64,000 bases of DNA, taken from assembly GCA_017476665.1 (NCBI GenBank), contig JAFUZJ010000029.1, positions 19,331 through 83,330 on the forward strand, given 5' to 3'. This stretch comes from Lachnospiraceae bacterium (GTDB taxonomy: Bacteria; Bacillota; Clostridia; Lachnospirales; Lachnospiraceae). The position numbers were made by a program, and so were the translations under genes. Of this stretch, positions 1-8,886 are shown in pieces (the stretch's first letter is position 1; each line of letters opens with the position of its first letter). The notes under the pieces are model-generated. The model saw nothing but the letters and a program-made list of their open reading frames with translations, did not search any database and was not told where the DNA came from.

Positions 1-1142
1 TCACGTCGCATATTTTCAATCAGAACGGACAGATGCAGTTCGCCGCGGCCGGATACCTTAAAGCTGTCTGCCTGATCTGTTTCTTCCACACGGAGAGAGA
101 CATCGGTGTTCAGCTCGCGGAACAGACGGTCTCTGAGATGACGGCTGGTGACGTATTTTCCCTCCTGACCGGCAAGGGGAGAGTCGTTGACCATAAACTG
201 CATGGCGATCGTGGGCTCGCTGATCTTCTGGAACGGAATCGGTACCACATTTTCCGGAGAGCAGAGCGTGTCGCCGATATGGATGTCTGTAATACCGGAA
301 ATCGCTACAATGGAGCCGATGCCTGCTTCTTTTACTTCCACTTTATTCAAGCCGTCGAACTCATAGAGTTTGCTGACCTTTACCTTGACCTGCTTGTCCG
401 GCTCGTGATGGTTACAGATGACAACATCCTGATTTACTTTGATGGTGCCGTTGTCTACCTTGCCTACGCCGATCCGTCCCACATATTCATTGTAATCTAT
501 GGTGCTGATCAATACCTGGGTACCCAGATCGGGATCGCCTTCCGGTGCGGGAATATAATCCAAAATGGTTTCAAACAAAGGTTCCATACTGGTGCCCGGC
601 TGATCCGCTTCCATGGAGGCAATGCCTGTCTTGGCGGAGGCAAAAACAAAAGGGCAATCCAGTTGGGAATCATCTGCATCCAGCTCCAGGAAAAGCTCTA
701 AAACTTCATCAACCACTTCATCCGGTCTCGCTTCCGGACGGTCAATCTTGTTTACACAGACGATGACGGGAAGCTTCAGCTCCAGTGCTTTTTTCAAAAC
801 AAATTTTGTCTGCGGCATGGCGCCCTCAAAAGCGTCCACCACAAGCACTACGCCGTTTACCATTTTCAGAACGCGTTCCACCTCGCCGCCGAAATCCGCA
901 TGCCCCGGCGTGTCAATGATGTTGATTTTGGTATTTTTATACATTACCGCCGTGTTCTTGGCGAGAATAGTGATGCCGCGCTCACGCTCTATGTCGTTGG
1001 AATCCATGACGCGCTCGGCAACCTCCTGGTTCTCACGAAAAACGCCGCTCTGTTTTAACAATTCATCCACGAGAGTTGTCTTGCCGTGGTCTACGTGGGC
1101 AATGATTGCTATGTTTCTGATATCTTCCCGTTTTTGCTTCAT
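1..1142 (-). CDS. typA: Translational GTPase TypA/BipA, N-terminal part (3' end lies beyond the window start)
   Basis: Own reverse-strand translation from ATG (complement of 1142..1140) reads MKQKREDIRNIAIIAHVDHGKTTLVDELLKQSG...IIDTPGHADFGGEVERVL...VCVNKIDRPEARP, giving the G1/G3/G4 GTPase motifs. The frame stays open to base 1, so it is missing from the ORF track. The + ORFs 33..701 and 613..1212 are its shadows. Confidence 0.9.
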   Translation of the reverse strand, partial: MKQKREDIRNIAIIAHVDHGKTTLVDELLKQSGVFRENQEVAERVMDSNDIERERGITILAKNTAVMYKNTKINIIDTPGHADFGGEVERVLKMVNGVVLVVDAFEGAMPQTKFVLKKALELKLPVIVCVNKIDRPEARPDEVVDEVLELFLELDADDSQLDCPFVFASAKTGIASMEADQPGTSMEPLFETILDYIPAPEGDPDLGTQVLISTIDYNEYVGRIGVGKVDNGTIKVNQDVVICNHHEPDKQVKVKVSKLYEFDGLNKVEVKEAGIGSIVAISGITDIHIGDTLCSPENVVPIPFQKISEPTIAMQFMVNDSPLAGQEGKYVTSRHLRDRLFRELNTDVSLRVEETDQADSFKVSGRGELHLSVLIENMRR

Positions 1143-1366
1143 TTTTTTCCCTCAATTCCTGTCGATTTGTGTTGACCAAAAGTGTTTCAAAAACCAAACT
1201 GCTACAGTATAGCACTATTTGGGGCGGGATGCAAGCAAAAAAGCGCTGAAAATAGCGGATAGAAGCGGTTCGCGCGATGTGATTTTGTACTAATTTCTGC
1301 CAACTCATAGTATAAATAATAATGTCATAGAAACGATTTACAAAAGGTATAGAAGGGAGAACAAAT

Positions 1367-2074
1367 ATGACAGATAAAGTAATTGAAAACAACCAGGTGA
1401 CAGTGATGGGAGAGGTGATCAGCAGATTTACCTACAGTCATGAAGTATTCGGGGAAGGCTTTTACATGATTGATGTGCGGGTTCCCAGACTGAGTGACAG
1501 TTATGATACGATCCCAGTGATGATCTCGGAGCGGCTTCTCGACGTGACGGAGAATTATACGGGGATGCTGATCTGTGTAAATGGGCAGTTCCGCTCTTAC
1601 AACAGGCATGAGGAGAGAAAAAACAGGCTGGTATTGTCCGTCTTTGCCAGGGAAGTGGAATTTGTGGGGCGCTTGGAGGAGAGCTCCAAGACAAATCAGA
1701 TTTATTTGGACGGTTATATCTGTAAGGAACCGATTTATAGAAAAACACCTTTGGGACGGGAAATAGCGGATCTTCTGCTGGCAGTGAACAGACCTTACGG
1801 AAAATCGGACTACATACCGTGTATCTGTTGGGGCAGAAATGCACGTTTTGCGGATCATTTCAGGGTAGGTGAGAGATGTGCGATCTGGGGCCGTATCCAG
1901 AGCAGAGATTATATGAAGAAAATCGATGAGGAACATGTGGAGAAGCGGGTGGCTTTTGAGGTGTCTGTGAGCAAGCTGGAACTGATCGGAACGCTGCCCG
2001 GCAGGGAGGACAGTCTGATGCATGAGGATGAGGACTCGCTTATAAGTTGCCAACCGGACAAAACTGTGTTATAA
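1367..2074 (+). CDS. SSB-like OB-fold protein (single-stranded DNA-binding protein family, divergent)
   Basis: RBS AAGGGAGA sits before the ATG. The N-terminus ENNQVTVMGEVISRFTYSHEVFGEGFYMIDVRVPRLSDSYDTIPVMISERLL matches my memory of Clostridia proteins annotated as SSB. It has an acidic C-terminal tail. The family call is from memory only. Confidence 0.5.
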   Translation: MTDKVIENNQVTVMGEVISRFTYSHEVFGEGFYMIDVRVPRLSDSYDTIPVMISERLLDVTENYTGMLICVNGQFRSYNRHEERKNRLVLSVFAREVEFVGRLEESSKTNQIYLDGYICKEPIYRKTPLGREIADLLLAVNRPYGKSDYIPCICWGRNARFADHFRVGERCAIWGRIQSRDYMKKIDEEHVEKRVAFEVSVSKLELIGTLPGREDSLMHEDEDSLISCQPDKTVL

Positions 2075-2124
2075 TCTACTCCATGCAACGAAAACGAACG
2101 GAGTGATCCGGGCGGAGGGATAGG

Positions 2125-2622
2125 ATGGAAAAGGGAAACGTATCTATTTATGCGGGAGAAGGCAGGGGAAAATCACAGGCTGCCATTGGAAGGGCAGTAC
2201 AGACTGCGGAAGCAGGCGGGAGAGTAGTCCTGATCCAGTTCTTGAAAGGAAAAGGTCTGGAAGGCTCGGATTTTCTGCGCAGGTTGGAGCCGGAAATCAA
2301 ACTGTTCCGCTTTGAGAAATCTGACGAGATATACGAGGAACTGACGGAAGAACGGAAGCAGGAAGAGATCAGTAATATTCGAAACGGGATCAATTTTGCA
2401 AAGAAGGTGTTGAGTACCGGAGAATGTGATCTGCTGATTCTGGACGAAGTACTGGGGCTTGTAGAGAAAGAGATCATATCCGTCGAAGAAGTGAAGGAGC
2501 TTCTGGAGTGCAGAGGGTCCATGGATGTGATCCTGACAGGGATTTACCTGAGCGATGAGATCTGTGTGTTGGCGGATGAGGTTTCCAGGATAGAAACGCT
2601 TAAATTTAAGGTATGGGAATAA
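2125..2622 (+). CDS. Cob(I)alamin adenosyltransferase (CobA/CobO/BtuR) family protein, divergent
   Basis: RBS GGAGGG. It has a P-loop-like GEGRGKS followed by VVLIQFLKG and DLLILDEVLGLV and DVILTGIYL blocks in the order seen in CobA-type proteins. The P-loop is non-canonical and the usual C-terminal block is missing. Confidence 0.5.
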   Translation: MEKGNVSIYAGEGRGKSQAAIGRAVQTAEAGGRVVLIQFLKGKGLEGSDFLRRLEPEIKLFRFEKSDEIYEELTEERKQEEISNIRNGINFAKKVLSTGECDLLILDEVLGLVEKEIISVEEVKELLECRGSMDVILTGIYLSDEICVLADEVSRIETLKFKVWE

Positions 2623-2704
2623 AATTTGACGATTTATCCGGCGAATCCACAGTTATGCGTTGACAGCGGATTGGGAAAATGATATGATAGGCATGAATTG
2701 AATA

Positions 2705-2875
2705 AGGAAGATAGAGGTCGCGGATTTCAAGAGTAGGGTTTCGGATGTGGCAGGCACAGAGGAGGAAGCTCAAAAGGGGAATGCGCCGAAAGAGTGGTCT
2801 GCTGCGGGATCATTCTTGGGCATACGTTTAAGAAGCGTATGACTGTCATCCGGTATGGATGGTGCGCTATCAGGT
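2705..2875 (+). promoter_or_regulatory. Lysine riboswitch (L-box) aptamer
   Basis: GAAGATAGAGGTCGCGGATTTCAAGAGTAGGG ... GGGGAATGCGCCGAAAGAG ... GACTGTCATC ... GGTGCGCTATCAGG matches the conserved L-box core almost base for base. Compare the B. subtilis lysC leader GAAGAUAGAGGUGCGAACUUCAAGAGUAUGCC...GCCGAAG...CUGUCA. It lies directly upstream of dapA. Confidence 0.85.
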
Positions 2876-2896
2876 AGACAAAAGAGGATATGATCA

Positions 2897-2927
2897 GCCG
2901 GCGCATTTCTATATGTGCCGGTTTTTT
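2897..2927 (+). terminator. Intrinsic terminator (expression platform of the L-box)
   Basis: GCCGGCGCA-loop-TGTGCCGG stem followed by TTTTTT, 43 nt before the dapA start. Confidence 0.75.
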
Positions 2928-2969
2928 AGGTTTTAAAACAGTTCATTATGAAAGATCAGGAGGAGAATT

Positions 2970-3854
2970 ATGGCAGTCTTTACAGGAGCCGGTGTTGCGA
3001 TCGTGACACCCATGAAGGCAAACGGAGAAGTAAATTATGAAAAATTCGGAGAGTTGATCGAGTTCCAGATTGAGAACGGAACCGATGCGATCATTGTCTG
3101 CGGAACCACCGGTGAGGCGTCCACGCTGAGCCACGAGGAGCATCTGGACGTGATCAAGTATTGCGTTGAGAAGGTGAATAAAAGAATCCCTGTAATTGCC
3201 GGTACGGGTTCCAATTGCACGGAAACAGCTATCTATCTCTCTACGGAGGCAGAAAAATACGGCGTTGACGGTGTGTTGCTGGTATCTCCTTATTACAATA
3301 AGGCGACTCAGAACGGGTTGTATGCACATTTTAAGGCAACAGCGGAATCCATTAAAGTTCCGGTGATTCTGTACAATGTGCCCAGCCGCACCGGGTGTAA
3401 CATTTTGCCGGAGACGATCGTGCGTCTCTGTAAGGATGTGGATAATATCATGGGGGTAAAAGAGGCCAGTGGCAATATCAGCCAGATCGCGCATTTGGCC
3501 GCGATTTCTCACGGTATGGTAGATATTTATTCCGGAAATGATGATCAGATTGTGCCGATCATGGCTTTGGGCGGATTGGGTGTAATCTCTGTATTGTCTA
3601 ATGTTGCACCCAGACAGACCCATGAAATCTGTCAGAAGTTCCTGGACGGTGATGTGGAAGGCAGCCGTGAACTGCAGTTGAAAGCGATGGATCTGTGTAA
3701 TGCGTTGTTCTGTGAGGTGAATCCGATTCCGGTAAAGAAGGCTTTGAATCTGATGGGCATGGAGGCGGGAACGCTTCGTATGCCGCTGACCGATATGGAT
3801 GAGGCAAATGTGCCCAGACTGGAGAAAGCAATGAAGGAATTCGGCATTCTGTAG
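2970..3854 (+). CDS. dapA: 4-hydroxy-tetrahydrodipicolinate synthase
   Basis: RBS AGGAGGAG. MAVFTGAGVAIVTPMKANGEVNYEKFGELIEFQIENGTDAIIVCGTTGEASTLSHEEH and PVILYNVPSRTG are typical DapA blocks. Confidence 0.93.
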   Translation: MAVFTGAGVAIVTPMKANGEVNYEKFGELIEFQIENGTDAIIVCGTTGEASTLSHEEHLDVIKYCVEKVNKRIPVIAGTGSNCTETAIYLSTEAEKYGVDGVLLVSPYYNKATQNGLYAHFKATAESIKVPVILYNVPSRTGCNILPETIVRLCKDVDNIMGVKEASGNISQIAHLAAISHGMVDIYSGNDDQIVPIMALGGLGVISVLSNVAPRQTHEICQKFLDGDVEGSRELQLKAMDLCNALFCEVNPIPVKKALNLMGMEAGTLRMPLTDMDEANVPRLEKAMKEFGIL

Positions 3855-3896
3855 GCAGATTCTGCAGGTATTTGTAAGTAAAGAGAGGAAATGGAA

Positions 3897-4652
3897 ATGA
3901 CAAGAGTGATCATGCATGGCTGTAACGGCAAGATGGGGCAGACTATCAGTGGTCTGATCTCTGCGGATCCGGAGGTTGAGCTGGTGGCTGGCATTGATGC
4001 CAGAGATGACGGGCACAATCCTTATCCTGTGTTTACGGAGATTGAGAAATGTGATGTGGAGGCGGACTGCCTGATTGATTTTTCTGCGGCCCCGGCCGTG
4101 GATAAAATGTTGGATTATTGCGTGAGCAGGAAGCTGCCCTGTGTATTATGTACCACGGGACTGAGCGAGGAGCAGCTTCAAAAGGTGAAAACATCCTCCG
4201 AACAGGTGGCAATCTTAAAATCGGCAAATATGTCTTTGGGCATCAATCTGTTGCTGAAGATGCTGAAAGAGGCTACGGCTGTGCTGGCGGCTGCGGATTT
4301 TGATATTGAGATCGTGGAGAAGCACCACAATCTGAAAGTGGATGCTCCCAGCGGTACTGCATTGGCTTTGGCAGATTCCATCAATGAGGAGTTGGATCAG
4401 GAGTATGTATATACTTATGACAGAAGCACCCGCAGGGAGAAAAGACCGAAGAAGGAGATCGGCATCAGCGCAGTGCGCGGCGGAACCATTGTCGGAGATC
4501 ATGACGTGATCTTTGCCGGGGCGGATGAAGTGATCACATTTTCCCACAGAGCATATTCGAAAGCGGTATTTGGAAAAGGGGCAGTGCAGGCGGCAAAATT
4601 TCTGGCAGGAAAGCCTGCTGGTATGTATGATATGGCAGATGTGATCGGATAG
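3897..4652 (+). CDS. dapB: 4-hydroxy-tetrahydrodipicolinate reductase
   Basis: MTRVIMHGCNGKMGQ (NAD-binding GxxGxxG), EKHHNLKVDAPSGTAL and RGGTIVGDH motifs. The ORF track starts at 3891, but the ATG at 3897 has better spacing from the AGAGGA RBS. Confidence 0.9.
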   Translation: MTRVIMHGCNGKMGQTISGLISADPEVELVAGIDARDDGHNPYPVFTEIEKCDVEADCLIDFSAAPAVDKMLDYCVSRKLPCVLCTTGLSEEQLQKVKTSSEQVAILKSANMSLGINLLLKMLKEATAVLAAADFDIEIVEKHHNLKVDAPSGTALALADSINEELDQEYVYTYDRSTRREKRPKKEIGISAVRGGTIVGDHDVIFAGADEVITFSHRAYSKAVFGKGAVQAAKFLAGKPAGMYDMADVIG

Positions 4653-4680
4653 CATTGAGGCATGGTAGAGTGCAACAAAT

Positions 4681-4730
4681 AAAAGGGATTATCGTCCAGA
4701 ATGAGTATCTGAAGCGATAGTCCCTTTTTT
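4681..4730. terminator. Bidirectional intrinsic terminator between dapB and the convergent lipoprotein gene
   Basis: AAAAGGGATTATCG ... CGATAGTCCCTTTTTT. The stem is flanked by an A-run and a T-run. Confidence 0.7.
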
Positions 4731-4780
4731 GAAATAATGTTATCGCCGCGCTACTATCGCTGCGATATTATCGCATGATA

Positions 4781-5230
4781 CTATCGCATGGTGTCTGTGC
4801 CGGAAATACCGGTTTCACGGGTGCCGTCGACAATGTCTTCCGCAACATCGGTTACGCCTCTGGCTGCATCTCTTACGGCACCGCCTACCACTTCGTCTGT
4901 ATCGTCCATGATGACGCCGTTATTACTGCCGTTGAGATTATCGGCTTCGGTGACCGTCTGGTCGGTGCTATATTTGGTGGTGTTGATCCGGTTGGTATCT
5001 GTCGTTGTGGTGTCATAGTTGGTATTGGTCATGGAACCATTGATGCCATTGGAATCATCGGTAGCAATGGTACCGTTGGTGCCATTGGCGTTCAGGGTGT
5101 CTGTTTCCTGCTGTGCATTGTTTTCCGCCATGGTGCCTGTGTTTGCACCATCGTTTCTGGCAGTGGTGCAGGCTGCTGTCATACTGAGGATCGCGGCTGC
5201 GAGGCTCAGAGCAAAAATTCTTTTCTTCAT
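4781..5230 (-). CDS. Low-complexity N/T/D-rich lipoprotein
   Basis: The internal ATG at 5230 is preceded by GGAGGA. MKKRIFALSLAAAILSMTAAC gives a signal peptide plus lipobox. The mature part is an N/T/D-rich repeat-like sequence. The track ORF extends to 5314, but that extension lacks an RBS. Confidence 0.7.
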   Translation of the reverse strand: MKKRIFALSLAAAILSMTAACTTARNDGANTGTMAENNAQQETDTLNANGTNGTIATDDSNGINGSMTNTNYDTTTTDTNRINTTKYSTDQTVTEADNLNGSNNGVIMDDTDEVVGGAVRDAARGVTDVAEDIVDGTRETGISGTDTMR

Positions 5231-5402
5231 AATATCCTCCATTCTGCCAATAACTAATTTATCGGCTATGCTTAGTATGGGCAAAATCTTGAAGAATATA
5301 CGTCTGTTTTGCAAAGTATTATACAGAATAATAAAATGGAAACAATTAAGGATAAATGGTATTTTCTAACATAGAGATCCATGTCCGGAAAAGAGGAAAA
5401 AT

Positions 5403-6221
5403 ATGGAATTTCGACCTTGTATTGATATTCATAACGGAAAAGTAAAGCAGATTGTGGGCGGAAGTCTGAAAGATGAAGGAGATCTTGTCAGGGAGAACTT
5501 TGTAGCCGAGCAGGATGCGGCGTTTTTTGCGGATTTTTATCGAAAAAGCGGGTTGCAGGGCGGACATATTATTTTGCTCAATGGGGTGGACAGCCCGTAT
5601 TATGAAGCCACCAGGCAGCAGGCGCTTTCTGCGTTGCGGGAATATCCGCAAGGACTGCAGGTGGGAGGTGGAATCACGCCTGATAATGCGGCGGAGTATA
5701 TTGAGGCCGGAGCGAGCCATGTGATCGTCACATCTTATGTTTTTCAGGAGGGAGCGATCCGGTATGACAGACTGGACGAGATGCTGAAAGCAGTGGGGAG
5801 AGAGCAGCTGGTGCTGGATCTGAGCTGCAGGAAAACAGCGGAGGGATATCTGGTGGTGACGGACAGATGGCAGAAGCTGACACAGGAGAAAGTATCACAC
5901 GAGCTGATGGACAGGCTTGCGTCCTATTGCGATGAATTTCTGGTCCATGCGGTGGATGTGGAGGGCAAGAGTCATGGAATCGAACAGGAGCTGGCGGCGC
6001 TTTTGGGGGAGTGGTGTCTGGAACGTGAAAAACAGGGATTGCCTGCAGGGCCGGTAACTTATGCCGGTGGTGTACACAATATGGAGGATCTGGCAGCATT
6101 GAAACGGTTGGGACATAACCTGTTAAATGTGACCATTGGCAGTGCGTTGGAGTTGTTCGGAGGAGATATGAAGTGGGAGGAGGTATTAAATATTTGCGGG
6201 AATGACTCAAAAAGTCAATGA
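5403..6221 (+). CDS. hisA: ProFAR isomerase HisA, eukaryote/His6-type
   Basis: MEFRPCIDIHNGKVKQIVGGSL...LQVGGGITPDNAAEYIEAGASHVIVTSYVF aligns closely with my memory of yeast His6 ([20 protein letters not shown]...LQVGGGI...VIVTSWLF). No other his genes are nearby. Confidence 0.8.
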   Translation: MEFRPCIDIHNGKVKQIVGGSLKDEGDLVRENFVAEQDAAFFADFYRKSGLQGGHIILLNGVDSPYYEATRQQALSALREYPQGLQVGGGITPDNAAEYIEAGASHVIVTSYVFQEGAIRYDRLDEMLKAVGREQLVLDLSCRKTAEGYLVVTDRWQKLTQEKVSHELMDRLASYCDEFLVHAVDVEGKSHGIEQELAALLGEWCLEREKQGLPAGPVTYAGGVHNMEDLAALKRLGHNLLNVTIGSALELFGGDMKWEEVLNICGNDSKSQ

Positions 6222-6253
6222 AAATCCTGTTGCTTTTCTGATCGGGCCATGTT

Positions 6254-6287
6254 AATGTAAGTGACAACAAAATGTAAGTGACAACAA
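6254..6287 (+). repeat. Perfect tandem duplication of a 17-bp unit (AATGTAAGTGACAACAA x2)
   Basis: Read directly: 6254..6270 is identical to 6271..6287. It ends 13 nt before the RBS of the downstream gene. Confidence 0.95.
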
Positions 6288-6315
6288 GAGGAAGCAGAAA
6301 AGAGGAGTGAGTATT

Positions 6316-7368
6316 ATGAAAGAAAAATGGAAAAAATGGCTGCATGAAATATTTATTGACGGTCTGAGCGGCATGGCGTTAGGTTTGTTTTCCACGCTGA
6401 TCATCGGTACGATCATTGCACAGATTGGCAGTCTGATCGGTGGGACACTGGGGGCGTATCTGATTGCCATCAGTAATGTGGCAAAAACTTTGACCGGCGC
6501 CGGAATCGGTGTTGGCGTGGCCTGTAAGTTTAAAGAGGGGCCTTTGGTGACGGTATCGGCTGCAGTGGTCGGCATGATCGGTGCATTCCCGGGAGTGACA
6601 GCGATGGAGAGCTTTGTACTGGGGAAGCCCGGTGAGCCGCTGGGGGCATTTATCGCGGCAATCGTGGCAATTAAGCTGGGGCATTTGGTTGCCGGCAAGA
6701 CAAAAGTGGATATTTTGGTGACGCCGTTTTTGGCAATTCTCAGCGGTGCCTTGGCCGGTTTCGTGGCAGGCCCGCCGATTTCCGCATTTATGGGATGGTT
6801 GGGCGCTTTGGTCAATGTGAATGTGGAACAGCATCCTGTTGTGGGCGGTATCATTGTGTCTGTGTTAATGGGCATGATCCTGACGCTGCCGATCAGTTCT
6901 GCGGCGATCGGTATTTCCATGAGTCTGAGCGGATTGGCGGCAGGTGCGGCAACGATTGGCTGCTGCTGTAATATGGTGGGTTTTGCTGTGGCAAGCTACA
7001 GAGAGAATAAAATGGGAGGATTGATCGCTCAGGGCGTGGGTACTTCCATGCTGCAGGTGCCCAACATTGTCAGAAAGCCGATTATCTGGCTGCCGGCGAT
7101 CCTGTCCAGCGCTATATTGGGACCGATTGCTTCCGCTGTGTTGCGGATGACCAGCACCCCTGTGGGATCCGGTATGGGATCCGCAGGTTTTGTGGGGCAG
7201 ATTGCGGCATATGGTTCCATGGTGGAGGGCGGTATGAGTGCCGGCGCTGCGCTGGGACTGATCCTGTTGATGCATTTTATCCTTCCGGCAGTGTTGAGTT
7301 TTGCAATCTCGGAGTTTATGCGTAAGAAGAAGCTGATCCTGGACGGAGATATGGCTTTGGATGTATAA
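6316..7368 (+). CDS. Polytopic membrane protein, PTS_EIIC_2-like (putative sugar-transport IIC component)
   Basis: RBS AGAGGAG lies 8 nt before the ATG at 6316. MKEKWKKWLHEIFIDGLSGMALGLFSTLIIGTIIAQIG and about 10 Gly/Ala-rich TM segments resemble proteins annotated as PTS transporter subunit IIC (PF13303-type). This is from memory. No IIA/IIB genes are adjacent. Confidence 0.5.
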   Translation: MKEKWKKWLHEIFIDGLSGMALGLFSTLIIGTIIAQIGSLIGGTLGAYLIAISNVAKTLTGAGIGVGVACKFKEGPLVTVSAAVVGMIGAFPGVTAMESFVLGKPGEPLGAFIAAIVAIKLGHLVAGKTKVDILVTPFLAILSGALAGFVAGPPISAFMGWLGALVNVNVEQHPVVGGIIVSVLMGMILTLPISSAAIGISMSLSGLAAGAATIGCCCNMVGFAVASYRENKMGGLIAQGVGTSMLQVPNIVRKPIIWLPAILSSAILGPIASAVLRMTSTPVGSGMGSAGFVGQIAAYGSMVEGGMSAGAALGLILLMHFILPAVLSFAISEFMRKKKLILDGDMALDV

Positions 7369-7518
7369 TAAAAATGCACAAAAAAATACTCCAAAACAGC
7401 ACTTTTTTGATACAAAAAATAGAGAATTCTTGGGAAAATGTTACAAAATCGTTGAGATAACATTGCTGATAAAAGTCACCTGTGGTACAATGAAAGCGTT
7501 TACCGGAGGTGACTTTTT

Positions 7519-8256
7519 ATGTTGCGAGACAAACATAAACGTAAGACAAGCCATGTTGTTCTGGTCACATCGGATGCCGTGGATTCCGGTGTCAAGCAAT
7601 TTCGGATCAGTTCACGGTTGCTGTGGATATTGATCTGTGTGCTTTGCATATTGATCGGAATATTGATCGGTTACATTGCGTACGAAGAGAGAATCTGGTC
7701 TGCCATGGATCGGAGAAGTGATATACAGGAACAACAGATCAGTACTCTGCAGGAAGCAAATGAAAAGCTGAGGGCGGAAAAACTGAATCTGGAGTCGGAG
7801 ATGGCTGATCAGGAGAAGACGATACAGATCCTGAGTGAGACCATCAATCAACATACCAAAACAATACAGGAGCTGCAGGGGATTCTTGATAAACAGAGCA
7901 CCCCGACAGAATTTCCGTTAAGCGGTTCGGCTGCAATGGAAACAGTTGATGAAGGTGATGAAAAAATATGTATCTTTACTGCTGCGGTTGGGAAAACGGT
8001 GACGGCGACTGCTGCGGGAACTGTAGTAGAGGCGGAAGAGGATGAGGAATACGGCTATCGGATTGTTGTAGATCATGGGAACGGATATATGACAGTCTAT
8101 CGGAACGGCAGCGGTCCATTGGTCAGATTGGGTGACTCTGTCTATGTGGGAACTGCATTGTATGAGATCAAGAAAAAACATGAGAAGCTGGGATATCAGA
8201 TTATGAAGGACGGTGTGTACATCAATCCTGAAGAAATGTTATCGATCAGTGGTTAA
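7519..8256 (+). CDS. Bitopic coiled-coil protein with a degenerate LytM/M23 domain
   Basis: It has a TM segment (LLWILICVLCILIGILIGYIAY), a coiled coil and a C-terminal YGYRIVVDHGNGYMTVY core of peptidase M23. The expected HxxxD, YxHL and HLHFE metal/catalytic blocks read KICIFT, YRNG and KLGYQ. Confidence 0.75.
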   Translation: MLRDKHKRKTSHVVLVTSDAVDSGVKQFRISSRLLWILICVLCILIGILIGYIAYEERIWSAMDRRSDIQEQQISTLQEANEKLRAEKLNLESEMADQEKTIQILSETINQHTKTIQELQGILDKQSTPTEFPLSGSAAMETVDEGDEKICIFTAAVGKTVTATAAGTVVEAEEDEEYGYRIVVDHGNGYMTVYRNGSGPLVRLGDSVYVGTALYEIKKKHEKLGYQIMKDGVYINPEEMLSISG

Positions 8257-8267
8257 GGAGGGGTATC

Positions 8268-8864
8268 ATGTTTGGAAAAAAAGAAGAGGAAATCAAGCTT
8301 ACTACATTGATCGGCGAAGGGGCTGAAGTGGAGGGAAATTTCTCGGCACTGGGTTCAGCCAGGATCGACGGTCATATCGGGGGAAATGTTTCTGTAGAGG
8401 GAACGCTGATCGTAGGCGTGTCGGGACAAATCAGCGGTGATGTAAATGCGGATGCTGTGATCGTCGGAGGCGAAGTCGCGGGAAATATCATTGCGCCTAA
8501 GAAAGCGGAACTGACCAATACGGCAAAAGTACTGGGAGACATCCAGACTGCGGTCATCGTGATCGACGAACATGCTGTTTTTCAGGGAAAATGCAGTATG
8601 GATCCGGCAGAGCCGGACAAAAAAGCAGCGGCTTTGGCGGAAAAGGCGGCAAATGCCAGTAAGAATTCCGCTAAGGCAGCAATGGATGAAGTGTTAAAGG
8701 ATGCAGCACCGATGTCGAAAGTGGAGAACAGTTTGCAGGATGTACCTGCACCGACGGAAGCGGAGACGCCACAGGGCGGAGACATGCAGGAGGTATCGGG
8801 ACAGGAATCATTGACACAGGAAGCATCAGCCCAGGAAGTGCCAATACAGGGAGCTACGACGTAA
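8268..8864 (+). CDS. Bactofilin (polymer-forming cytoskeletal protein) with a long disordered C-terminal tail
   Basis: RBS AAGGAGGGG. IGEGAEVEGNFSALGSARIDGHIGGNVSVEGTLIVGVSGQISGDVNADAVIVGGEVAGNIIAPKKAELTNTAKVLGDIQT is the DUF583 beta-helical repeat pattern. Confidence 0.85.
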   Translation: MFGKKEEEIKLTTLIGEGAEVEGNFSALGSARIDGHIGGNVSVEGTLIVGVSGQISGDVNADAVIVGGEVAGNIIAPKKAELTNTAKVLGDIQTAVIVIDEHAVFQGKCSMDPAEPDKKAAALAEKAANASKNSAKAAMDEVLKDAAPMSKVENSLQDVPAPTEAETPQGGDMQEVSGQESLTQEASAQEVPIQGATT

Positions 8865-8886
8865 AAGGATAGAGAGGAGAACGAAA

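Noticed and set aside
33-1212. Plus-strand ORFs 33..701, 545..766 and 613..1212 at the left edge.
   Set aside because: The minus strand here encodes TypA/BipA with intact GTPase motifs, so the plus-strand frames are shadows.
4741-4790. A roughly 13-nt periodic TATCGC motif (TTATCGC, CTATCGC, TTATCGC, CTATCGC) between the dapB terminator and the end of the lipoprotein gene.
   Set aside because: The motif is short and low in information, and it lies in a 3' untranslated spacer. I could not connect it to any structure or binding-site family, so it is noted only.
4775-5369. Plus-strand ORFs 4775..5257, 4788..5018 and 5019..5369, read as possible Gly/Val-rich proteins.
   Set aside because: They are opposite the lipoprotein gene, which has a proper RBS, signal peptide and lipobox. 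The plus frames lack RBSs, and their repetitive composition mirrors the N/T/D-rich sense strand.
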